A program made the position numbers and the translations under genes. The notes below the pieces were generated by a model. The model was not told the DNA's origin and ran no database searches. It saw nothing but the letters and a program-made list of their open reading frames with translations. 64,000 nucleotides of DNA from Pseudogymnoascus verrucosus. Taxonomy: Eukaryota. Positions 1-10,617 of this stretch are shown here, in pieces; positions within the stretch are counted from its first letter, which is position 1; each line of letters opens with the position of its first letter. The DNA lies in the NCBI GenBank assembly GCA_001662655.1, contig KV460215.1. One strand, 5' to 3'.

Positions 1-704
1 CAGACCAAGTAGCCACATAATTTGTGCACTGCCCAGAAATCCGCGAGTGTATACTCCACCAATGGAATACCATATAAATTCATGTTTATTCCATCCCTGA
101 TGAGGGCTTGTGATAATAGCTAGACCTTCCCCTCCAGCAAGGCTGACGAACGGACTCGCAAGGCTGTGGGCGCATTACCTTTATTCCAATCATTGATGGC
201 AAGCTCCTGGACCAGGAAGTCAATCAGGCCCTCAAAATCATCGGCTTCTGAGTTCTCCATCTTGCAAAGCGGTTTGCGATCATTCTTAGCGTCGTGGAAA
301 AGGTTTCTGTGAAAATGGTTCCGGAGGTCGAACTCGAGCGCTTTTGGTGGTTTGATGTGAATTTGAAGCCGTTATGCCACTTTTTTCTTGTGGCGGATTT
401 TAGGCGAGGCCCAGCCATTGCATTTGCAGTACATTCATAACTATCACGTGACATTCCACTTTTCAGCACCAGCAATCTATCATGAGAATATGAAGAGGAT
501 ATTAATAATAGATCTTAAAGCTCCAGATAAATGGCCTACATGCTCGATTAGGGACGTCTGGATAATTTCGTGGCACTCGAAGTTAATTCTCGGACCGGCA
601 CAGACTCTACGAGGAAAATATTACAGGAACCCCTAAGTTTGAGATCGAATAACTGCAATGATATTTGTCCTGACCCATGAATTTCTATATTTTGAATCTG
701 CCTC

Positions 705-1733
705 TCAGTCCTTCTTACTCCTCAGAGCCGCCGCCTCGCGGTTTTCCTTCATCATTTGCCTGTACCCTTCAACAACGCTCTGTCTCACCTCACCCAACTC
801 CTCTCTCCTCCTCAAACTTCCTGACGCTTTCGGCACATCCTCGACCTCCACTCTTGCCCCTCTGACCTTGAATTTCTCCTTGGGTATCTTTGTAAATGTC
901 GGTGGCGCTTGGTAAACATCGCTAAGTCTGTTCGGGCCTTCATTCCTCGTTTTCTTCAATATTGCCCATGGGTCGTCGTTTCCATCATCAATCTCTCCAA
1001 TCGCCTTCTTCTTCTTTCCCTTTCCATTCTTTTTCTTCCCAGTCTGGACAGTATCCTCAGGGTCGAGTTTCCACTTCACTCTTCCCTCGTCGTCCAGCTC
1101 CTCTTCCTCAGCCAACTCCATGGCCTCCTGCCGTCTATCCTGTATCTTTTGCTCCTGTTCACGCCATTCCGCATACATTCTATGCATTCTCTTCTCTGTC
1201 TTGGTTCGCCCCACCTTCAACCCTAATGGATCCTTGCCGTCCTTCCCAGTCTTATTGATCAACCCAGAAATCGGCAGTGCGGCGTCCACCCTAGCGGAGA
1301 ATTCTGACATCTTCTCTCCCGGCTTAATCCTTGGTATCTCAACCTGTTCAGGATCGACCTTGGGTGCCTGCGGCTTATTCCCCTTCTCTGCTGCCGCCGC
1401 AGCCTGCTTTTGCTTTTTCGTCGGCTTTATGCCATCGTCAAGGCCTGAAGGGAGCTTCTTGCCCTGCTGAAACATCATCAGGCGCGCAAATGCCCTCGGA
1501 GTATCATCCGCATCATCTCTGCGCTTCCTCTTGTTTGGCTTCCGCGCCGGTGCGCTATCCGAGCTGAATATGCCATTCGATTTTGCGCCTCTGGCAACTG
1601 CGAGTGGTTTTGCGACTTCGGATGGAGGGAGATCGGCGCTGCACTCATTAGTATTGTGATAGGTAGAAGAAAATAGAGCAGCTCACGTTAGACCGTCATC
1701 CTCAGCTTTACTGCGCTTGTGTTTCGTCGGCAT
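705..1733 (-). CDS. CCDC137-like conserved lysine-rich (probably nucleolar) protein, 2 exons (1687-1733, 705-1638)
   Basis: ATG at 1733 (MPTKHKRSK...), GTGAGC donor at 1686, CTAAT branch and CAG acceptor at 1639-1641, joining the ORF 705..1478. Motifs PGEKMSEFSARVD, VYQAPP and RQSVVEGYR resemble the CCDC137 family. Confidence 0.6.
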
Positions 1734-2078
1734 CTTTTAAATTTGTAAATTTGGTAGTTGCGACGGTGAATGGCGAGGCTGAGATTGAATTTTATCAGGG
1801 TGGTCGATTAGATCTCTTGGCGCCGTTTTTGGCGTGGCTGGCCGACTTTCCCGTGTGGGCCTCAGCCTTGTGGGACTGGCTATCTCTTGAACTTCGAAGG
1901 CGCAACTAAAGTTGACGTTTGCACATCAAGTGCGATTGTTCAACTTTGACCGTTTTAAAATTAGACATATGGTCTGTGTTATTTCAATTGCTGGAATTTG
2001 ATTGTTACAGCAACTACAACTTAAGGCGGACATCGCCACAAGAGGAATCGCCCCTCGGCGCATTTGAGCGCTTTTATC

Positions 2079-3474
2079 ATGTCTGAAGCCGGGCCTTCAT
2101 CCACCGGTCGCCGGATCTCGACTGGCGAATTTACCGATGATGATAACTTAGATATCCCGCTGAGAGATATTCGCGAGGCCGAATTTGAGCGCCTCGAGGC
2201 CGGGCCAGTGACCAAGGAAGCCGTCGAAGAGGAGAAGAAACAGAGCAGCCGATGGCCTCTATGGCCGTTAAATAAACGGCGGCGCTCCTCAGCTGGGTAT
2301 GCGAAAGTGAACGATGACGACGACGATGCTGCTACCCCTTTGGCAGCCAAGGGCCTGAAATCGAAGCCGACGAAGAAAGCGAGCGGCGGGGTATGCGGGG
2401 GGAAGCTAGTATGGGGAATTTTGTATGGTTGCCCCTGAGACATGTCTGACTAAATTCTAACGCGTACAAAGCACTTTTCTCATCATCTCTAATCTGTGCT
2501 TCCTCCTTGCCGCGTCTTTCACAGGTCAGATGCCTAACCCACTCTCACGCTGGGGTGCTCCCGGCACCTCGAGCGAAGGCCTCTCCTGGTACCCGACCGA
2601 CTTCCTCCGCGACGTGCAGCCAATCCCTTGTCACTCGCACAATGACTACTGGCGCACCGTCCCCCTTTTCTCCGCGCTCCTCGCAGGATGCATCAGTGTC
2701 GAAGCAGACGTGTGGCTCTTCCCGTCAGCGGAAACCCTCTTCATAGGACACAACACGGCCTCGTTGACCGACAACCGCACATTTACATCTCTCTACGTTG
2801 ATCCATTGGTAAAGATCCTAGAAGATAACAACCCGAAGACCGAATTCAACAGCGGCTCAATGAACGGCGTCTTCGATGCTGACTCCAGCCAATCCCTGAC
2901 CCTCCTCGTTGACGTCAAAACCGATGGCACACAAACCTGGGCAGAAGTGCTGCGCGAGCTACAGCCGCTGCGTGAGCGCGGCTGGTTGACATTTATGGAA
3001 AACTCCACCGTCCACCAACGACCCATCACAGTAGTCGGGACGGGAAACACTCCCTTCGATGTCCTCACATTCAACTCCACCTACCGCGACGCCTTCTTCG
3101 ACGCCCCCCTCCAAAACATGTACGAGGATGCCAATGGTGTCGCTTCGAAAACCACCGCTATCACCACCCCCGGCGGCCAAGGCACAACCGGCACAAGCGC
3201 CACTGATTCCTACACGTCTCTAAACTCTTTCTATGCCTCAACCTCGTTTGAAGAAGTTCTCGGTAAAATGTGGTTCTTCAATCTCTCCGATGAGCAGAAA
3301 GAGACGATTCGCGGGCAGATCCGCGGCGCGAAGCGTAGGGGGCTGAAGGCGAGGTACTGGGATCAGCCGACGTGGCCGATGCATGTGAGGAATGAGATCT
3401 GGAAGTTTTTGTGGGAGGAGGGTGTTGCGGTGTTGAATGTTGATGATATAGAGGGGGTGAAGAAGGTGTGGTAA
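2079..3474 (+). CDS. AIM6: Altered inheritance of mitochondria protein 6 (PLC-like phosphodiesterase fold), type II membrane anchor; intron 2423-2471
   Basis: PIPCHSHNDYWR..PLFSAL..GCISVEADVW, LLVDVK and RYWDQP motifs. Splicing the GTATGG..AAG intron gives an in-frame hydrophobic segment (LVWGIFTFLIISNLCFLLAASF) joining ORFs 2064..2438 and 2530..3474. Confidence 0.85.
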
Positions 3475-3754
3475 TGGGATGGTGTATCACCTCATTGATT
3501 TATGCGCTTCAGTTTCAAGCGTTTATATAGATAGCGGATGGTAACTATCGCATTCGCAAGTAATTCTAAATGGTATCTGCATGTATTTATATCCCAATAT
3601 ACACAAAGTACGCTGTGCTTTCCATCTCCAGCGCAAGGCTCGTTCAATCACCAACACCCGTGGATGCCAGCTCGTCTGTGCCTTCGTCCATATGATATCC
3701 CTTAACGCCTAACAATGGTCCTAAAATGAAAATTGCCCGCCTCAACACTTATCG

Positions 3755-4930
3755 CTACAACTCAAGAACAATTTTCAGCAGCATGACAACCAGCGCAGTT
3801 ACGACGCCCAGGATCGCGCGGTCGACCCATGGTGGCACGCCCCCGTTCGACCAGTCGGGCTGATTTTGTCGGACCTGCTGCATTTGTTGCATCTGTTGCA
3901 TTTGTTGCTGAGGCCATGCATGTCCCTGTGCTATAGCGTGGAAATCGGGTTGATGGCGATGGACTGGAGCTGGTCCAGGGGCATAAGCAGGTGCTGCGCT
4001 TGTAGGCGTGGGTACTGCTTGTCCTGGTTGTGCGGCGGCGTATTGTGGTTGCCACTGAGGTGGTGGCGTGAAAGTTGGAGCCTCGACTGGTATGAGAGGA
4101 GCGGTTTGTACAAATCCTTCTGCTAGTTCCGCCTCTGTGTCTCCCGTTCTTTCATCGGCTGCGGCTGAACTCTTCGGCGCGCTGCTAGCCTCCGCGCTGT
4201 CTTGTGGTTTCCCAGGCCCCTTCTCGATATCTTCCCTATATCCCAGCTTCAGTTCATCTGGTACTGTATCCTCCTGCCTCGCCTTTCCCTCTGCTTCTAA
4301 CGCCTTTGCAGCTTCCTCACTCTCCTGTAATATCTCCTCGTTCGACTTCCCGCATCCCTGACACGCCCACCCTCTCGACTGGTCAGCGAGCTGCCGGCGC
4401 GTCGCATCCGTCGTGTCTAAACCGCCAACCTGACCTGCAGCTGGTGTCTCTAAGAATGACCGCAGCGCGACAAGCGCCGTTCTCACACCCCACGCGGGCA
4501 TCCATGTCTCCTCATGGTGGCCGCTAATGCTAAGACAGATCTCGCGGTTCACCTCGAAGCGGCCGCTGGGGGTGAGGAAACGGAAGGAGGGTGGGCGGAG
4601 AGGGTAGGTAGGCGGCAGGACGATGCGGCCATGGTAGATTCCCGAGGAGTAAACGGAGGTGGGTGGTCCGCGAAGTGTGAAGTGCCAGGTGAAGAGGTCT
4701 GTTTCTGTGGGGAGGGCGTGGAAGTCGGCGGAGGGTGTTGAGGAGAGTTCAGCGGCTTCGCGCACTGTAGATTAAGCACGGTTAGTAGGGGACTCGTAGA
4801 TTGAAGGTACCACCGCATCAAGGTACTGCGGCGGCTGCAAGCCGCCTTGGGGGTTGAGTGGGGGGGACAGAGGGCGCTTACGGATACGGCGGATTGTAGG
4901 TGACTTGGAGTTGATGCCTTTCGTGGTCAT
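3755..4930 (-). CDS. Tail-anchored ubiquitin-conjugating enzyme E2 of the UBC6/UBE2J1 class; intron ~4765-4881
   Basis: Exon 1 MTTKGINSKSPTIRR; WHFTLRGP, YHGRIVLPPTYPLRPP, TPSGRFE, ICLSISGHHEETWMPAW with catalytic Cys; C-terminal transmembrane segment AILGVVTALVVMLLKIVL. Confidence 0.9.
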
Positions 4931-6053
4931 CGCGGCTGTACGGTCAAGATTCTCAGCTTGCTTAAGGTAGGAAATAGCTAGGTGTCATAGGTTATGCACT
5001 GGTCTCTGTAGAAAGCGGGTGCTCTTGTGCTGAGCCTGAGCTAAGGTGGCCTTATCGGTTGCATCAGCCACGGCCGGGGGCGATATGGCGATCGCGGCTA
5101 TTGGGACACGGCACCGTTATAGCTTAAGCGCGGCGATCCACACACGCACAGGAGTGAGCTATGATGTAGTTTTTGGTTGGTTTGGTTGCCGACCGGGTCG
5201 CATATGCGGAATTATACGCTCCCTATAAGTGGATCGGTGATATTATTCCTAGCCCTATCAGCCCTGGTGAGGTATTAGAGGTCTGTATATGCTGTATCTT
5301 GGACGTCCATGAGAGAATTTCACCACCAGGGCTAAATAAATGCTTTGTATTCCAACGTCAGAAACCACCGGCAGAATACAAAAAGACGCGGGCGGTCAAG
5401 TTCCGTACCCAACCAATGACGTGATGCCCCGAATCCACGATGTCCCGCCGTTGGGCACAAGCAAACAATTCTTATGCACGAGGCACAGGGCGCACAAGTA
5501 CTAACAACCTCCAACAACCACTGGTGGCCAAGGGATGATACATTTCGATAAGACAACACTCAAACACTCATATTATAAATATTAAGCCAGATTTACATTT
5601 TGCCTTTTGCCTTTTAAATACCATCATTTCCAGAGAGTTATATGTAACTCTTGCCATGACCTAAGTCTGATTAATTGAATAATTCCTGTCAAAATCTTGA
5701 GAGCTGGCTGGGCCGATTTTTAAACAAGGTACCTCTCAGCTGTGTGCGTCACCTCGGCCTGGTCGTATTTTGTGTGCCCGCGCGACCTGCGCGATATCTT
5801 GCCCATAAATCAACGTGCCTTATATACCCGTGTCGGAGCTGCGGATAAAGGTAACGACCTGGCAGCAGGTTCTCGCTACTCTTTTCCCGGTTGCTCTTTC
5901 CAGTGTTGATATCGTACCAACTTCCCAATCGACAACTCGCGCTGAGCAGCTCTATTACAACAACGAAGCGCCCAAGCAAGCCAAGAACGAGGCTGCAGTC
6001 ACTTTTCAGCAGCTGAAGTTTCCGCAGGCGGCTGCCAAAGCCGACCAAGCATC

Positions 6054-8120
6054 ATGGGGATACTGCAAATTACTGGGCTGTGCGGTGCCGCAGGAGTATT
6101 GTGGTATATATGGCGCCTGAGAAACAACAAGAGCATCGAGGTGCCACAGAGGCGCTCATCTGTAGCTCCTCATCCTCCTCCTCAACCCCGGGAGCTTATT
6201 TTAGGTGAGGTACATTGAGAGTTGTATGGCCCCTAACCATGCTAACAGTTACTAGACGCAGAGGAATCGGACCCAGGCTTGCTCAGGAAGCATTCTGAAT
6301 TCAAGTCTTTCACAACAAGCCGATTTACATATCCCAACGTTCGAGTCTTCCACCGCAAACATACGCAAGCCGAGAAATTACCAAAAGTCCCCGCGCCCCT
6401 GCCTCTGCTTGTGTTTATCCATGGGTTAGGAGGCTCAGCTGCGCAATTCCATCCACTGTTAACAAGCATGGTTAATGTCTCATCATGCATCGCCATCGAC
6501 TTGCCCGGCTGTGGACGGTCATCATTCGAACCAAGGTCATGGGATGCCTATAAGACAGATGCCCTCGCTGAGCTGCTGGAAGTCATAATCGAGGAATACC
6601 GCGAGAAGGATACGAAGCAGGGCGTCGTCCTGATCGGACACAGCATGGGATGCTCGTTAGCTGCACTTCTTGCATCAAAGAATTCGCCGTCTTACAATGG
6701 CCTATCTGAGCATGTCGTGGGATTCATAGCAATATGCCCAAAGGCAGAACCACCGAACGAGCAGCAAACAAAGTTATTTAAGAGACTTCTATGGGTGCCT
6801 GGGACTATCTTCGATCTCTTCCGACGTTGGGACAGGCGTGGAGGGGTCAATAGTGCGAGTGTTACACGATTTGTGGGAGAGGCCGCTGGCACAGAGACCA
6901 AGGAGTTGCAGCTACGGTTTAATGCCCAAAGTCGGACACCGGTATGGAGACGAATGGCGTCTGGTAGCCTTCCCAGCTACCGCGATGGCGTAGCGGAGGG
7001 CGGGCTGCCAGGCAAAGAAATCTGGGCTGGCCTCGATTGTCCGGTTTTTCTCGTTGCTGGCGAAGCCGACCATGTCACGAAGGCTAAGGAGATCGCAATT
7101 ATCGAGGGTTTTATGGGAACATCCCACCCTGTCCAAAACGACACGGATGACAGAAGCGAGGCGATCAACGATTCTGCCGCGCCTTTTGACTCTTCTATGA
7201 GCCGCGACGATAGGGCTAGTATGGACGCAACATTTGATGACGAATTAGGTACTTTTGCAGATGAGTCGTTCGAGGATACCGGATCTATGACCCCACCGAC
7301 GCCAGAGAGCCCAGACGACATTGAAGCCATCTATGACGATTCAGACGCACCACAGAAGGAACTAGGTTCCCTCCCACCGCAGCCGCTTAAACCGAAAAAG
7401 GTATTGAAGACCACGATACTGCCAGCACCAGCTAACCACGCCCTTCTTTACATGCCCGCCAGCGTTCGCATACTCGCTGGTCTCGTGTCCGATTTCCTTG
7501 GATCTCATGTGACACAGCGTCTCTCTCTTGGCTGGCAGCTACAGTTCCTTTCCACTTCTGGCAAGTGGGACGTCAAGAACCTAGCTAAGTGGCAAGCCGT
7601 TGCACCAGTATCCGCGCCTATTGCGGGAATTTTCCGGGCAATGAAAACACTAAGGGAAGTGGACGAGAACCACTGCCCTGAAGTGTTTGCGAGGGACTGG
7701 AGCAGATGGGTCAAGGATGTTGTCGATATCAGCCACGAAGCACCAGTTTATGACCCGCGTGGCTTGGAGAAGGGGGGCATACGGTATCACAAGCTGCCCA
7801 CAGTTTCCAAGATCCCCCCCACGAGCCAGGAAGTCACTGAGTTCATCAATTTCGTTGATCGATTGCGAGAGGAGCAGAAAGAGCGAAAGCTGACGAAAGG
7901 CTGGGGAGACGAACTTTATATTGCGGTCCATTGCCACTACGGATTCAATAGAACTGGCTTCTTCATCGTGTGCTACCTGATTGAGAGGGAGGGGTACGAA
8001 GTGCAGGAAGCGCTTGACGAGTTTGCGAAGAGGAGACCGAAGGGGATCAGACATGCGCATTTTATGGACCAGCTTTTTGTGAGGTATTGTAAGGGTTTGA
8101 AGGAGGCGCCTACGTTTTGA
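6054..8120 (+). CDS. N-terminally anchored alpha/beta-hydrolase fused to a cysteine (CX5R) phosphatase of the DUSP11/RNA 5'-triphosphatase type; intron 6205-6255
   Basis: Exon 1 MGILQITGLCGAAGVLWYIW; HGLGG, DLPGCG, GHSMG (6636-6650), GEADH; C-terminal HCHYGFNRTG P-loop (7929-7958). Confidence 0.85.
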
Positions 8121-8647
8121 TTAAGGAAGGACTTGGACAGCATAGACTTGCCGGCGTTAATGGTGTACGATGAGGGAGGACATGCAGCTAGGGATTGTGT
8201 TAATAGATGGTTATGAAGATACCCCGAAGCAATTCCTGTATATTAGGGGTCCTGACATAGAGTTATGGAACACGGACGCAGGCATCCAGCAGGATAACGA
8301 AGCCAAAGCGTACACAATAATGAATTTTATGACCAAGTTTAACCTTGACAGCATATATGTGACATTTTATTTGGATTAAATTAGCGTTTGTCATTTGTAG
8401 GCCTCCAATTCGAAGAGGAAGAAGTAGTTGATATCAATAGCATCATGGAAACTCACGTGATATATAAAATTTATGGTCCAACACGTGATTTGTTAACTGT
8501 CACCCCTCTTAGCGTGCCAAGACCTACAAGCGAATTTCGCGCACACAACGTCAAAATTATTACAGGTTCGTCGTTTCCTCAGCCATTCCTCGCGACCACT
8601 TCGACAAGAACACGACAACCTCTCCTCCTCAAATATAAACCGCAATC

Positions 8648-9526
8648 ATGACTGGAGGTGTCTCTGTCCGCGATGTTGATGTAGGTACTCTCCGACACTC
8701 CACACCCTGAATGGGCCCCCTCGTGGCCTCGACCTCTCGAGACTTCTCACGAAATCCAACGGCACGACTTTCGATCTCGGAGATGCGCGGAAGATCAGGG
8801 ATCAACTACCATGCGTCGAAGATGAGATTGCGACGACGGCCTGGATAATAGGAACATACATACACATACACAATTGGGAATGAAGAATCGAGCAGGCGCG
8901 AGGGAGTCGGAATGACTTCTGTTGACGGAATGATGCTGATTCGAGGTTGTGATGCAGGCGCAAAAGTTCATCAACGCATACTCTGCTTTCTTGAAGAGAC
9001 AGGGAAAGCTCCCTATCCCAGGTACGTATTTTCTCTTCCCCTCCCCTCCGTCGCGACAGCAGGAGGTGGTAAAGAAGTTATTTTCAATTGAGCACTGGCT
9101 AATGCAATATCACAGGTTGGGTTGACACGGTCAAGACCGGCGCTGCCAAGGAGCTCCCACCGCAGTCCATCGACTGGTACTACGTTCGCGCCGCGTCCAT
9201 CGCCCGCCACGTCTACCTCCGCAAGACCGTCGGTGTTGGCCGTCTTCGCAAGGTCCACGGCTCCACCCGCAACCGTGGCTCGCGCCCATCCCACCACGTC
9301 GATGCCTCCGGCTCTGTTGACCGCAAGGTCATGCAGTCCCTTGAGAAGATCGGTGTCCTCGAGCAGGATGAGGACAAGGGAGGCCGCAGGATCACCCAGT
9401 CCGGCCAGCGTGATTTGGACCGTAAGTTTTTCTTGCATGCTGCTGTGATAGACATGTGATGTTAATATTATAATAGGTATCGCCCAGACCACCCTCGAGG
9501 CTGAGGAGGAGGATGACGAGGAGTAA
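8648..9526 (+). CDS. RPS19: 40S ribosomal protein S19 (eS19), 4 exons (8648-8680, 8958-9021, 9116-9421, 9477-9526)
   Basis: Spliced translation MTGGVSVRDVDAQKFINAYSAFLKRQGKLPIPGWVDTVKTGAAKELPPQSIDWYYVRAASIARHVYLRK..GRRITQSGQRDLDRIA; canonical GT..AG introns. Confidence 0.97.
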
Positions 9527-10617
9527 ATTCTCGGCTCGCTCTGAATTGGACTTGGAACTCGGTGTGCTTTTCGGGCATGGGATGAAAAGGAGTTTATAGC
9601 ATTGTGGACCGCGTATCTGGGTCGCAGGTGTACTTCACATATCATGAAATGGAAAGCTCTGACGACCATGAAAATATGATACCCTTACTGGCTTGTGACC
9701 TCTTTTCCTAATTTTCTGATTTTCTATTGTGAGCAGTGACGTGACGTGGGAATGTGGTTTTACTTGGGTACTCTTACATTTCGTTCTAACTCACAATCAC
9801 ATTGTTAGTAGACTTCGCTAGCATTGTGCAGCACATTGGCGTATTTCATTCGCCTACTTCGATCTTCCAATCCACATACCAACTACTGTGGCTTTCCTTC
9901 AATACTCTTTACATCTTCCTACAATCACATTGTGAATACTTTTCGCCAGTATTGTGAAGCTCACTGCCATGCTCACTGGCGCACTTCGAAGTTACAACAC
10001 ATACATCAACGATTTGTCCTTCCCGTCTTCGATGTAACACCCAACGAAAGGATTTGCTCAATCTCTTTTCTAGGCCTTCACTTTCCTTCATTCTCCTATT
10101 TCATCTTGACGTCCGCGTTTCAATTTTCACTACGCGACGTCATCTACTCGGCTTCGACTTCGTCTGGCACTGCGTCTCTTCTGTTGCTCAGAAATCTCTC
10201 TCCGAGGATAGCCTGCCATTTCATAATTTTTGAAGACCCCGGGTTCCAAGCAAAGCTTCAAGCTGGCCTTCATTTTCTATTCCACGTCAAACTCCTACAC
10301 GTGAATGGTCTCCATTGCTCTCTTACTTTTCACATGGCTTCGTTATAAGCTTCTCTCGTTTTTCATACGTTCTGTCAAGCTTATATGTTGAAGCATCCAC
10401 TTCAATACGGCTCTTTCTGTAATTCTGGTCGGTTTCAATTTCACTCGGCGCGATTCACCAAGCATCACTCAAAGCAGATTCAGTTTCAATTCTCAGCTGT
10501 TATATCATATTTCATTCTGCCGCCTCCACAAAGTTTTCACAAACGGCCGCTCTTCTACATCACCTCGAGCCTCAGTCACCATTACGGAGCCTCACGAACG
10601 CCCTGGACAGCTTCAAA

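Noticed and set aside
1..640. Short ORFs and a protein-like minus-strand frame (..LEFDLRNHFHRNLF..DFEGLIDFLVQEL..)
   Set aside because: Interrupted by stops, no recognisable motif and at the window edge; no gene model can be supported.
9013..9669. 218-aa minus-strand ORF
   Set aside because: Antisense shadow of the codon-biased RPS19 exons.
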